From the NCBI GenBank assembly GCA_963713045.1, contig CAVQKE010000003.1:416001-480000 (forward strand): 64,000 nucleotides of DNA, in the 5' to 3' direction. Positions 38,052 through 47,942 of this stretch are shown here, in pieces. Origin of the DNA: an uncultured delta proteobacterium. Its GTDB lineage: Bacteria > Myxococcota > Myxococcia > Myxococcales > Myxococcaceae. Below the pieces are notes generated by a model, which saw only the letters and a list, made by a program, of their open reading frames with translations, did not search any database and was not told where the DNA came from. How positions within the stretch are numbered: the stretch's first letter is position 1; each line of letters begins with the position of its first letter. A program made the position numbers and the translations under genes.

Positions 38052-40778
38052 ATGAACGCACTCCTCCAGAGTTCTCTCCTCCTTCCGCTGCTCCTTGGAC
38101 AATTCCAAGGCGCTGTTCCCACCGCTGACGGCGGCGTGGCCAAGGTGCCCCCCTTCGTTCCAGCCGCCAAAGGGCCGCCGCCCGCGGGACCCGGCGGGCA
38201 AAGGGGGAGGGCAACGGTCGTCCCCGATGCTGTGGAGAAAGCTCCGCAAGCAGCGTCCACTCGGACCACGCCCAACTGCAGCGAAGTTCGGCGAAACGCG
38301 CGCTTCAATGTCTATTTCGAAAAAGTGGACATCGACAAACTGGTACAGACCGTGGCCGATGCCACCTGCAAGACGTTCATTCTCGCCGAAAACATCAAGG
38401 GGAAAATCTCGGTCATCGGCCCTGACAACGGCCGCGTTGAAGTCACCGCCGACGAATTCTATGCAGCTTTTCTTGCGGCGCTCGACGCCAACAACCTCGC
38501 ATTGGTCCCCTTCGGAAAGTTTTCGAAGGTGGTCGAGAAGGCGAAGGCAAAGCAGAACGACATTCCCACCATCACTGACTTGAGCAGCGACTACACCACC
38601 AACGAGCAGATGATTACCCGTCTGTTCAAGGTCCACTACGTCGAGCTCGACCCGCTACGAAATGTGGTCCAGCAACTGGTGAGCCCCGGCGGCGACAGCA
38701 TCGTTTTCCAGCCCGATACGCTGATCGTCAACGACATCGGCGGCAACATGCACCGCATTGAGCGAATTATCGAGCAACTCGACGTCAGGAGCCTGAGCGA
38801 CGAGATCCGCATCGTGCAGGTTCGGTTTGCGTTGGCCGCGGATGTTGCCGCCACGATCACCAAGCTCTTCGAACAAAAGGGACGCCCGGGGACTCGCGCG
38901 GCCACGCTGCCCCTTCAAGCCGAACCGCATCCTTCGACGCCGAACGCCCCCAACCTCCCGCCCGGCACCAGCACCGCCCCGCAGGGCGTCCCAGTGACGC
39001 TGTTCACCATCATTCCCGACGAGCGCACCAACAAGCTCATCATCGTCGCCAGCGCCAGCGCCAATGAGCGAATCAACGACATCATCCGCGAAATCGACGT
39101 CCCCATCTCGGGCGCCGGGCGCATCAACGTCTATACGCTTGCCAATGCCACCGCGGAAGACCTCGCTGCGACGCTTCAGGCCCTCGCCCAAGGCACGGCC
39201 AACCGTCCACGGGGTCCCCAGGGGACACCGCTGCAGCCCGGAATCCAGCCCACGGCACAGCGGCCGGGCAGCGCCCCTGGCGTCGCCGCCACGGAACTGT
39301 TCGCCGGGGAGGTCAAAATCTCCCCGGACAAGGCAACCAACAGCCTGGTGGTGGTGGCCAGCCAGAGCGACTACCGCAACCTGGTGCAAGTCATTGAGAA
39401 GCTCGACCTTCCCCGCCGGCAGGTTTTCGTCGAAGCGGTCATCATGGAAGTCGACATGACGCGGATGACGGAGGTCGGCGTCGCGCTCCACCAGGGGTTT
39501 ACCGTCAACACGTCGCAGGGTCAGGCACTCGGAATCGCCGGGACCAAGTACTCCGGCTCCACACCGCCGTCCTTCTCCATCGCCAACCTGGCCAGCTACA
39601 ACGGCTTTCTGGCCGGAATTCAAGGTCCCGCCATCCCCGCCGCGACCGCTTTGGGGTTGAGCATTCCCGCGTTCGGCATTGTCGTTCATGCGCTCCAAAC
39701 CAGTGCGGGCGTCAACGTGTTGAGTACCCCGCACCTGCTGACCACGGACAACGAGGAGGCGGAAATCACCGTCGGCCAAAACGTACCGTTTCAGGCCGGT
39801 TTCGCACCGTCATCCCTTCCAGGTGTCAACCCGTCGAGCGTGCCGGGAACCGGCACCGCCGCCCTCGGCGCCTCCATCGGTGGGCTGGGCGCGTATTACG
39901 CCCCCATCAGCCGGCAGGACGTGGCGCTCAAGCTGAACATCAAGCCGCAAATCAACGCTGGCGGAAATTACATTCGGATGGTCATCAACGAATCCGACGA
40001 AGAAATCGTCTCCAATGACCCGGTCCTCGGACCGACCCTCGCCAAGCGCACGGCCAAGACGACGGTGGTGGCCAAAGACCAAGAGACGGTCGTCATTGGA
40101 GGCATCCTCCAGGACCGAACCATCGAAAACACCTCGAAGGTTCCGGTCCTGGGAGACATTCCCGTCATTGGGCTTCTCTTCCGGGACAGTTCCAAACAGA
40201 CCATTCGGACCAACCTTCTTTTGTTCCTCACCCCGTACATCATTCGGGACTCGAGCGACTTCCGGCGGATTTTCGAGCGCAAGATGGCCGAGCGGCAGAA
40301 GTTTGTGGAGGACTTCTACGGTGAGCTGCCCCGGTACGAAGTCGCCGTGGACTTCGACCGGAAAGCGGGCCCGCTGGAGAAGATGAACCAAGCGTCGATT
40401 CAGACCCAGAAGCAGGAAGCCGGGATTGGAGCGCCTGGCGACCAAATCATCCGTCCGGCGCCCCCACAACCTCTCACGGTGCCGCCACCACCGGCGTATT
40501 CCCCGCCGGAAGCCGTCCCTTCCAACCCATCTTCCACCCACTGGTATACCGCCCCACCTGCTGAGCCGGCTGGCACAGCGCCCTCGTCTTCCCCCCCCAA
40601 CGCTGAGGCTCCGGCGGCCGCAGCGCCGCCCTCCTCCGCGCCGTCCGCGGCGGAGCCCCCTGCCGCGGCAGCCCCGGCACCTCCAGCCAACCCAGTGCCA
40701 GCCTCTCAGGCGCCGCCGTATGACCGGTCCATGGTCGAACCTCCTCCTGCACCGTCGGCGCCCTCCCACTACCCTTAG
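38052..40778 (+). CDS. gspD: T2SS secretin GspD
   Basis: N-domain repeats (DERTNKLII, DKATNSLVV), QVFVEAVIME, KVPVLGDIPVIGLLF, LLLFLTPYII; Pro-rich tail. Confidence 0.95.
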   Translation: MNALLQSSLLLPLLLGQFQGAVPTADGGVAKVPPFVPAAKGPPPAGPGGQRGRATVVPDAVEKAPQAASTRTTPNCSEVRRNARFNVYFEKVDIDKLVQTVADATCKTFILAENIKGKISVIGPDNGRVEVTADEFYAAFLAALDANNLALVPFGKFSKVVEKAKAKQNDIPTITDLSSDYTTNEQMITRLFKVHYVELDPLRNVVQQLVSPGGDSIVFQPDTLIVNDIGGNMHRIERIIEQLDVRSLSDEIRIVQVRFALAADVAATITKLFEQKGRPGTRAATLPLQAEPHPSTPNAPNLPPGTSTAPQGVPVTLFTIIPDERTNKLIIVASASANERINDIIREIDVPISGAGRINVYTLANATAEDLAATLQALAQGTANRPRGPQGTPLQPGIQPTAQRPGSAPGVAATELFAGEVKISPDKATNSLVVVASQSDYRNLVQVIEKLDLPRRQVFVEAVIMEVDMTRMTEVGVALHQGFTVNTSQGQALGIAGTKYSGSTPPSFSIANLASYNGFLAGIQGPAIPAATALGLSIPAFGIVVHALQTSAGVNVLSTPHLLTTDNEEAEITVGQNVPFQAGFAPSSLPGVNPSSVPGTGTAALGASIGGLGAYYAPISRQDVALKLNIKPQINAGGNYIRMVINESDEEIVSNDPVLGPTLAKRTAKTTVVAKDQETVVIGGILQDRTIENTSKVPVLGDIPVIGLLFRDSSKQTIRTNLLLFLTPYIIRDSSDFRRIFERKMAERQKFVEDFYGELPRYEVAVDFDRKAGPLEKMNQASIQTQKQEAGIGAPGDQIIRPAPPQPLTVPPPPAYSPPEAVPSNPSSTHWYTAPPAEPAGTAPSSSPPNAEAPAAAAPPSSAPSAAEPPAAAAPAPPANPVPASQAPPYDRSMVEPPPAPSAPSHYP

Positions 40779-40780
40779 CC

Positions 40781-42553
40781 ATGCCTGACGCTCAAACTGC
40801 TGTCGCTCACCTTGAAACTGTCCCGACCGCGAACAACCTGGCCGGCCAACTGTTGGGTGAAATCCTCGTAGTCCTTGCCAAGCTGGACCGGACTGCACTC
40901 GCCGAAGCACTCCAGGCCCAGGCAGATTCAGAGACCGGACGCATCGGCGAGCTGCTGGTCCAGCGTCGAGCCATCACGGCGGAGGACGTCGCCAGAGCGC
41001 TGGCGGCGCAGTTGGACTTCCCGTTCGCTGCCCGCATCGGCGTGGAACAAGTGGATGCGGAGCTCGCCCGGGCGATGCCCATTAACTTTGCGAAGCAATC
41101 GCGGCTGTTGCCGCTGCGACGCGAGGAGGGGTCGGTGGTGTTGGCGGTGGCGGACCCACTGGACACGACCGCGCTCGACCATGCGCGGATGCTGCTCGGA
41201 GCCTCCCTGCGTCCGGTGGTGGCCTCGGCCGATGCCATCGTCGATGCGATTAACGTGGTCTATGACCGGGCGTTGAACGAGGCCGAGCAGCTGGTCGGCG
41301 AGATGGAAGCGCAGGATGACCTGGACTCGCTCGCCCATGAATTGGAGGAGCCACAGGACCTCCTCGAGGCGGATGACGACGCACCCATCATCCGACTGGT
41401 CAACTCCCTCCTTTTCCGGGCGGCGAAGGAGCGCGCCAGCGACATCCACATCGAGCCGATGGAACGGGAGCTCATCGTCCGGTTCCGAATCGACGGCGTC
41501 CTGCATGAAGTCATCCGGCCACCCAAGCGCTACCAGAACTCCATCGTCAGCCGGGTCAAAGTGATGGGGCAGCTCAACATCGCCGAGAAGCGGCTCCCCC
41601 AAGACGGGCGGATCCGCATCAAGCTGGCCGGACGGGACATCGACATCCGTCTGTCAACCATTCCCAACGTCCACGGGGAGCGGATTGTGATGCGCCTCCT
41701 CGACAAGACCTCGACCTTGCTCGACTTGACCGAGATTGGAATGGACCGCGCCATCCTCGCCCAAGTGGAACAAGTGATTCGCCGTTCTCACGGCATCATT
41801 CTGGTCACCGGCCCGACCGGATCGGGAAAGACGACCACCCTCTACGCAGCGTTGACCATGATTAACACCCCCGACCTGAACATCCTCACGGTGGAGGACC
41901 CGGTCGAGTACCAGCTGCAGGGCATCAGCCAGATGGCCATCAACCCGAAAATTGGTCTGACCTTCGCCGCCGGACTGAGGAGCTTTCTGCGACAGGACCC
42001 GGACGTCATCATGGTCGGAGAAATTCGCGACCGGGATACCGCAGAAATCGCGATTCAAGCTTCGCTCACTGGCCACCTGGTGTTCTCGACGGTCCACACC
42101 AATGACTCCGCTGGAGCCATTACCCGGCTGGTGGACATGGGGGTGGAGCCCTTCCTGGTGGCCAGCTCGCTGACTGCGGTGCTGGCCCAACGTCTGGTCC
42201 GCCGACTGTGCACCGCCTGCCGAGAGCCCCATGTCCCCACCGTCGAGGAGCTGGCCGAGGTGGCAATGACGCAGGAACAGCTGGTGCGCGCGGGAAACCC
42301 ACCGCTCTACCGCGCGGCAGGCTGTGCGACCTGCGGTCAAAGCGGCTACCGCGGCCGCACAGGGATTTATGAATTCCTTCCGGTGGACGACGACATCAGA
42401 ACGCTGGCCATCAAAAACGTCGACTCCAACACCATCAAAAAGCAAGCGGTGAAACGGGGCATGACCACGCTTCTCGACGACGGCGCTCGCAAGGTGCTGG
42501 CGGGCGAGACCACCATTGCCGAGGTTCTCAGCGTGACCCAGGAGGACCTCTAG
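40781..42553 (+). CDS. gspE: T2SS ATPase GspE
   Basis: ASDIHIEP, RLPQDGR, GPTGSGKTT, LRQDPDVIMVGEIRD, TGHLVFSTVHTN, CxxC zinc motifs. Confidence 0.96.
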   Translation: MPDAQTAVAHLETVPTANNLAGQLLGEILVVLAKLDRTALAEALQAQADSETGRIGELLVQRRAITAEDVARALAAQLDFPFAARIGVEQVDAELARAMPINFAKQSRLLPLRREEGSVVLAVADPLDTTALDHARMLLGASLRPVVASADAIVDAINVVYDRALNEAEQLVGEMEAQDDLDSLAHELEEPQDLLEADDDAPIIRLVNSLLFRAAKERASDIHIEPMERELIVRFRIDGVLHEVIRPPKRYQNSIVSRVKVMGQLNIAEKRLPQDGRIRIKLAGRDIDIRLSTIPNVHGERIVMRLLDKTSTLLDLTEIGMDRAILAQVEQVIRRSHGIILVTGPTGSGKTTTLYAALTMINTPDLNILTVEDPVEYQLQGISQMAINPKIGLTFAAGLRSFLRQDPDVIMVGEIRDRDTAEIAIQASLTGHLVFSTVHTNDSAGAITRLVDMGVEPFLVASSLTAVLAQRLVRRLCTACREPHVPTVEELAEVAMTQEQLVRAGNPPLYRAAGCATCGQSGYRGRTGIYEFLPVDDDIRTLAIKNVDSNTIKKQAVKRGMTTLLDDGARKVLAGETTIAEVLSVTQEDL

Positions 42554-42565
42554 GTCCAGCACGCC

Positions 42566-43804
42566 ATGCCGGTCTTCGAGTACAGGGGCCTCAGTACGGC
42601 CGGGAAGCAAGTCACCGGACTTCTGGAGGCCGACAGCAGCAAGGCCCTCCGGGCGCAGCTGCGCAAGACGAACATTTTCCTGACCGACGTGCTCGGGCAA
42701 TCCGAGGCGCGCACCGGTCGAAAGGCGGCCGCCGACCGGGAGGTCCAGTTCGGCCGGTTCTTCCGCGGACGAGTCACCACAGAAGACGTCGCAATCATCA
42801 CCCGACAGCTCTCGACGCTGCTCCACGCGGGGGTGACGCTGGTGGAGAGCCTCGCCGCGCTGGTGGACCAGACCGAAAAGGAGCGGCTGAAGCGAATTCT
42901 GTCCGACGTCAAACAGCGGGTGAACGAGGGAAGTTCACTCGCCGACGCGCTCGGCCAACATCCAAAAGTTTTCGGAAACCTGTACGTCAACATGGTGCGG
43001 GCTGGCGAGGCGTCGGGAGCGCTCGACGCCGTGCTGGCACGGCTGGCGGACTTCACCGAGGGGCAGGCCAAGCTCAAACAGAAGCTCATCGGCACTCTCA
43101 TTTACCCGGCCATCATGTGCGTCATCGGCGGGGGCATTCTGGTGATGCTGATGACCGTCGTCGTGCCCAAGGTGACGCGCATCTTCGAGACGATGCGCGC
43201 CACGCTGCCTTGGACCACGCGTCTGTTGATTTTTGTCAGCGCCACGCTCTCCAGCTGGTGGTGGCTGATTATCCCTCTGGTGTTGGGGGGCGCCGCATCG
43301 GCAGTCGCCTGGACGCGCAGTCCCAAGGGTCGTCCGGTGTTCGACGCCTGGGTTCTCAAGCTGCCGGTCGCCGGTTCGCTGCTCCGGATGCTGCTCGTCT
43401 CGCGGTTCAGCCGCACCCTCGCCACCCTTCTCAAAGCGGGAGTGCCGATGCTCACCGCGATGGACATCACCAAGAATGTCGTCACCAACACCGTCCTGGC
43501 CGGCGTGGTGGAGATGGCTCGCGACGCCATTCGCGAGGGCGAGAGCATCGCCGGGCCGCTCAAGCGCTCGGGTCAGTTCCCTCCCCTGGTGCACCACATG
43601 GTCGCCGTCGGCGAGCGCTCCGGCCAGCTGGAGGAGATGCTGCTCAACGTTGCGGACACTTATGAAACCCAGGTCAACGTGCGACTGGGCGCGCTGACGG
43701 CGCTCCTCGAGCCGCTGATCATCGTCGCGATGGGTGCAATCATCGCCTTCGTCGCCTTCTCAATCCTGATGCCAATTCTTCAGCTCAACACCACCATTCG
43801 CTAA
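42566..43804 (+). CDS. gspF: T2SS inner-membrane platform protein GspF
   Basis: TRQLSTLLHAGV, MVRAGEASGAL, GERSGQLEEML, LLEPLIIV. Confidence 0.95.
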   Translation: MPVFEYRGLSTAGKQVTGLLEADSSKALRAQLRKTNIFLTDVLGQSEARTGRKAAADREVQFGRFFRGRVTTEDVAIITRQLSTLLHAGVTLVESLAALVDQTEKERLKRILSDVKQRVNEGSSLADALGQHPKVFGNLYVNMVRAGEASGALDAVLARLADFTEGQAKLKQKLIGTLIYPAIMCVIGGGILVMLMTVVVPKVTRIFETMRATLPWTTRLLIFVSATLSSWWWLIIPLVLGGAASAVAWTRSPKGRPVFDAWVLKLPVAGSLLRMLLVSRFSRTLATLLKAGVPMLTAMDITKNVVTNTVLAGVVEMARDAIREGESIAGPLKRSGQFPPLVHHMVAVGERSGQLEEMLLNVADTYETQVNVRLGALTALLEPLIIVAMGAIIAFVAFSILMPILQLNTTIR

Positions 43805-43822
43805 GCGAAGACGCGGACTTCC

Positions 43823-43966
43823 ATGGACAGGATGCTCAATCGGTGGGTACAGGTGATTACAGCAGCGGCAGTGCTCGCGCTCGCCGCAGCGCTCATCGCC
43901 GTCGGTTTCAACTACTACGGGCACGGGGACCATTCGTCCTCGGCGCAACGAACGGAGGTTCGCTGA
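43823..43966 (+). CDS. 47-aa single-TM small protein between gspF and gspG (absent from the ORF track)
   Basis: Manual translation: MDRMLNRWVQVITAAAVLALAAALIAVGFNYYGHGDHSSSAQRTEVR*; its TGA overlaps the gspG ATG (TGATG). Confidence 0.7.
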   Translation: MDRMLNRWVQVITAAAVLALAAALIAVGFNYYGHGDHSSSAQRTEVR

Positions 43967-44379
43967 TGCGACGACTTTCTCGGCAGCATCGTCGTGCGGA
44001 ACGCGGCATGACGCTCATCGAAATCATGGTGGTGATTACCATCATCGGACTCATCGCGGCCGCGGTCACGGTGGCCGTTCTTCCTCAGCTCCAGAAGGCG
44101 CAGATCGACCGCGTCAACCTCGACATCAAGCAAATCGAAGGCGGTCTCAAGCTGTACTACGCCAAGAAGGGGAACTACCCCGACACCGCCACCGGGCTGA
44201 AGGGCCTCGTGGACCAGCAGATTCTGGACAAGGTGCCCCAAGACCCGTGGAACCACGATTACCTCTACGTGCTCGAGCGCGGGAAGCCCATCATCACCAG
44301 CTACGGACGCGACGGAGTGCCTGGAGGCGAAGGGCCCGACGCCGACATCTCCAACCGACCGGATCAGAAGCAGCCTTAA
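43966..44379 (+). CDS. gspG: T2SS major pseudopilin GspG
   Basis: GGAGG RBS then ATG 43966; RG|MTLIEIMVV prepilin site; DPWNHDY, SYGRDG, DADISN. Confidence 0.93.
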   Translation: MRRLSRQHRRAERGMTLIEIMVVITIIGLIAAAVTVAVLPQLQKAQIDRVNLDIKQIEGGLKLYYAKKGNYPDTATGLKGLVDQQILDKVPQDPWNHDYLYVLERGKPIITSYGRDGVPGGEGPDADISNRPDQKQP

Positions 44380-45156
44380 ATGAACGAACGTCGCCAGCCC
44401 GGGTGGAAGGCCGGGCGTCTGGGAACGTGCGCCGGGCGCCTCGGGAAGGGCATCCCCGGGGCCACTCGCAGCGTGATGCGCGCCTTTCGCCCCCGGCCTG
44501 GCTTTACATTGATTGAGGTGATGGTGGTCATCGCCATCGCGGCGACGCTTCTCGGTGCGGCCGTCGTCGGGATTGGGGCCCTCACCGGGGCACGGGCACG
44601 TTCTGCGTTGGCTGAGCTCGGCGGGGCCATGCGAGCGCTCTATGACCGCGCCGCACTGACCGGCCACACCTGCCGAATGGTGTTTGACCTGCCGCCCGGT
44701 GACGCCAGTGGATTCAGCTACCGCGCCGAGTGCGCCACGCACGCCGTGACCAGCGTCAGCAACCGCGACCAGGCGCTGAGGGAAGACAACCTGGCGCGCG
44801 CCGATGCCGCCAAGCGAGGCGATTCCGGCGGTTTCTCTCAGCGCAGCGGCACCTCCTTGCTCGACGTCCTGTCGCGGGAGAAGGACCGGGTGGAGACGGC
44901 AGCGAAGTTCTCCGTCTTCGTCTCGCCAGAAATCGAGCCCCGCCGTGTCTCGGGCGTGAAGCTCAGCGTGTGGACTCCACATCAACGCCAGCCGGCCCGG
45001 AGCGGGTTGGCCTATGTCTACTTCTTCCCGCAGGGCTCGGTGGAGCGCGCCCAACTCACGGCACGACAGGGGGACAGCGTCTGGACACTCACCGTGTCCC
45101 CAGTCACCGGGAAAACGACGGTGGTGGATGGCGAACCGGAGATTCCGAAGTCGTGA
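44380..45156 (+). CDS. gspH: T2SS minor pseudopilin GspH
   Basis: PG|FTLIEVMVV prepilin site; YFFPQG; start is ATG 44380 or ATG 44476. Confidence 0.85.
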   Translation: MNERRQPGWKAGRLGTCAGRLGKGIPGATRSVMRAFRPRPGFTLIEVMVVIAIAATLLGAAVVGIGALTGARARSALAELGGAMRALYDRAALTGHTCRMVFDLPPGDASGFSYRAECATHAVTSVSNRDQALREDNLARADAAKRGDSGGFSQRSGTSLLDVLSREKDRVETAAKFSVFVSPEIEPRRVSGVKLSVWTPHQRQPARSGLAYVYFFPQGSVERAQLTARQGDSVWTLTVSPVTGKTTVVDGEPEIPKS

Positions 45157-45992
45157 AGCAGCGTGGCTTTACACTGCTGGAGGTGGTGGTGGCGATGGCC
45201 ATCCTGGGCCTCGCGTTGCTCGCAATCTTCGACCTCAACTCCGGAGCTGTGGCCAGCCACGCGTATGTCAAACGCATCACGGTCGCCACACAGCTGGCTC
45301 GCGCCAAGATGACGGACCTCGAGCAGGAGCTCTACGACAAGGGCTTCGAGCTCGACGACGTGGAACGTTCCGGAGACTTCGCCGCTGAGGGCTGGAGCGG
45401 CTACACCTGGAAGGCGCGCATTCTGGCGCCCCACACCGCGGGCGTCAGCGCCGACAAGCTGCTGGAGGCCCTCTTCAGCCTGCCTCCCGGCGAGGGTGGA
45501 GGGCTGGCTTCACTGTTTGGAAGTCTTGGAGGGGCGGACGGCGGCCTCGGCAGTCTGGCCTCATCGCTTTCCGGCGGAACGGGGCCACTCCCCCCCGGCG
45601 CCACCGGGCCCTCCGGGACCCAGGCGCTCGGACCCTTCGGCACCCTCGCCGAGACGCAGACCACCCAACTGCTCGACCAAATCCGCCGCGGCGTCCGCGA
45701 GGTGCGCCTCACCATCTCCTGGAAAGAGGGCGCCCGCACCGAATCCCTCGACCTGGTGACCCAGGTGGTGTCTCTGCAGCAGGGCTCAGACCGAAACGGC
45801 ACCCCCGGAGTGGCGCTCAACACCCCCAGCACCACCGTGCCCGGAGCTCCCGCCGCGCACACCGCGGGAAATCCCTTTGCCCCCCCGGGAAGTAACTCAC
45901 CGTGGGTACCAGGGACGGCGGCTCCTCAGGCCCCACCGCCGATTACCTCGCCCAAGATCTGGCCAGGATCCAGGATTCCAGGTGGGGGGTAA
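45153..45992 (+). CDS. gspI: T2SS minor pseudopilin GspI
   Basis: GTG at 45153 overlaps the gspH stop; RG|FTLLEVVVAMAIL; Gly/Ser-rich insert and Pro-rich tail. Confidence 0.85.
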   Translation: MKQRGFTLLEVVVAMAILGLALLAIFDLNSGAVASHAYVKRITVATQLARAKMTDLEQELYDKGFELDDVERSGDFAAEGWSGYTWKARILAPHTAGVSADKLLEALFSLPPGEGGGLASLFGSLGGADGGLGSLASSLSGGTGPLPPGATGPSGTQALGPFGTLAETQTTQLLDQIRRGVREVRLTISWKEGARTESLDLVTQVVSLQQGSDRNGTPGVALNTPSTTVPGAPAAHTAGNPFAPPGSNSPWVPGTAAPQAPPPITSPKIWPGSRIPGGG

Positions 45993-45996
45993 CGGA

Positions 45997-46671
45997 GTGG
46001 GACGCCGCGGCTTCACACTTCTGGAAATCATCGTGGCGGTGGCCATCACCGCGATGATTGGCGTCATCATCGCGACTGCTTTCACGAGCGGCTTCCGCGC
46101 CAAGGAATTGGTGGAAGACGAGGCGGAGCAATACCGAGGGCTTCGCACCACCATGGACCGGATGGTGCGCGAGATTGGCGCCGCCTTCGTCAGCGACCGC
46201 TATGACCAACGCCGCTACCGCGACCAAAACGACCGGCCCACCAACTTCATCGGCGAGCGCGACAGGCTGCTCTTCACTTCCCTCGCCCATCAGCGGCTCT
46301 ACGCCGACGCCAAGGAGTCCGATCAAATGGTGGTGGAGTACACGGTGCACGCCTCGACCAAGAAGGGCGCCGGGCGCGGCCAGCAGGATTTGATGCGCCG
46401 GGAAAACCCCAACCTCTACGGCGAAGACAAGATGGACCGCGGCGGCGTCGAGGACGTGTTGCTCGAAAACGTGAAGCGAGTGGAGTTCTCCTATTGGGAC
46501 TCGGACCAGAAAGACTGGGTCAATGAGTGGGACACGCGCAAGATCGAGAAAAAATCCATTCTCCCCACGCGCGTCCGCATCACCCTCATTCGGGTCGACG
46601 AAAGTGGTCACGAGCGGTCCTACAGCACTGAGACGCGCATCATGTTGAACACCGAGATTCCGAGATTTTGA
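45997..46671 (+). CDS. gspJ: T2SS minor pseudopilin GspJ
   Basis: RRG|FTLLEIIVAVAI; VLLENVKRVEFSYWD, WVNEWD, LPTRVRITL. Confidence 0.88.
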   Translation: MGRRGFTLLEIIVAVAITAMIGVIIATAFTSGFRAKELVEDEAEQYRGLRTTMDRMVREIGAAFVSDRYDQRRYRDQNDRPTNFIGERDRLLFTSLAHQRLYADAKESDQMVVEYTVHASTKKGAGRGQQDLMRRENPNLYGEDKMDRGGVEDVLLENVKRVEFSYWDSDQKDWVNEWDTRKIEKKSILPTRVRITLIRVDESGHERSYSTETRIMLNTEIPRF

Positions 46672-47936
46672 TGGCATCGACGCCGAAAAAAGAGCGGGGA
46701 GTGGCGCTGCTGATTGTGGTGGTGTCCATCGCCGTCCTGGCGACAGTCGCAGCAGAGTTCGCATACAGCTCGCGCGTGGACTTGGAGTTGGCGACCCACG
46801 AGCGCGATGCGCTCCGAGCCGAATACCTTGCGCGAGGCGGGTTGGGCATGGCCCGGCTTCTCCTTCAATTCCAGAAGCAGATTGACGTTTCGATGCAGAC
46901 GCTGTCCTCCAGCATTCCCGGGCTCGCGCCCGGCAGCATCAACCTGCAACTGTGGAGAATGGCGCACATCGACTGTCAGACGCTGGGGCGGTTTCTCCCC
47001 GACGCGGTGGACGCTGGCTTTGGAGCCGCAAAGAAGAAGACTTCTGACCCGCGACTGGGCGATGCGAAGTCGGCCGCGCTGGGCACTCCCTTCATCGACT
47101 ACGGAACGTTCCGCGGCTGCTACGGCAGTCTCATCGAAGACGAGGAAGCCAAACTCAACGTCAACCAGTTGGACAGCCTGCTCACCTCTGGCGCCGGAGG
47201 GGTGGCGGTGCAGCGCCTCTACTTGCTGCTCACCGACAAGCGCTTCGAGTTCGTCTTTGACCGAGAAGACGCCAACAATGTGAAAATCACCGCCACTGAC
47301 GCCGTCATCAACATCAAAGACTGGGCGGATACAGACGACCTCGTTTCCGCGCTCGCCGTCAGCCCCACTGGAGTGCAGGTCAGTGCTGGCTTCGCGGACG
47401 AGCCCGGCCTCTACAGCAAATACCTTCCTCGCTACCGACCGAAGAACGCCTCGATGGATTCGCTCGACGAGCTGTACTTCGTCCATGGCGTCGGAGACCG
47501 ATTCATGGCGGCCTTCGGTGACCGGCTGACCGTCTATCCCGACGTCAATGCGCTGCTCAACGTCAATACCGACGACCCCATTGTCCTGGCACTGGCGGTG
47601 CGAACTGCCGCTGACCCGGCCAAACCCGACGGTCGACTTTCCGACCCAGTCTTCCTCGACGCCCTTGTTCAAAAAATCGCAGCTGCTCGCCTGCTTAGCC
47701 CGATGGGGATGACCGTCTCCGACTTCATCAGCGTGCTGGTCCAAGCGGGCATCGCGGTCAATCCGCAGATTACCAGCAACCTGCAGGGAAATTCCTTCCT
47801 CGGCGACCACACCAAGACGTTTCGGATTTCGGTCACCGGTGAGGTCGCCGATGTGCAGCGGACGGTCACTGCGGTGGTGCGCATCACTCAGCCCCAGGAC
47901 GGCCTGGGCCGGCTACTGTACTGGAAGGTGGACTGA
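46671..47936 (+). CDS. gspK: T2SS minor pseudopilin GspK
   Basis: ERG|VALLIVV (no Glu at +5, typical of GspK); DEEAKLNVN, DWADTD, SLDELYFVHG, LNVNT. Confidence 0.9.
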   Translation: MASTPKKERGVALLIVVVSIAVLATVAAEFAYSSRVDLELATHERDALRAEYLARGGLGMARLLLQFQKQIDVSMQTLSSSIPGLAPGSINLQLWRMAHIDCQTLGRFLPDAVDAGFGAAKKKTSDPRLGDAKSAALGTPFIDYGTFRGCYGSLIEDEEAKLNVNQLDSLLTSGAGGVAVQRLYLLLTDKRFEFVFDREDANNVKITATDAVINIKDWADTDDLVSALAVSPTGVQVSAGFADEPGLYSKYLPRYRPKNASMDSLDELYFVHGVGDRFMAAFGDRLTVYPDVNALLNVNTDDPIVLALAVRTAADPAKPDGRLSDPVFLDALVQKIAAARLLSPMGMTVSDFISVLVQAGIAVNPQITSNLQGNSFLGDHTKTFRISVTGEVADVQRTVTAVVRITQPQDGLGRLLYWKVD

Positions 47937-47942
47937 GCCCAC

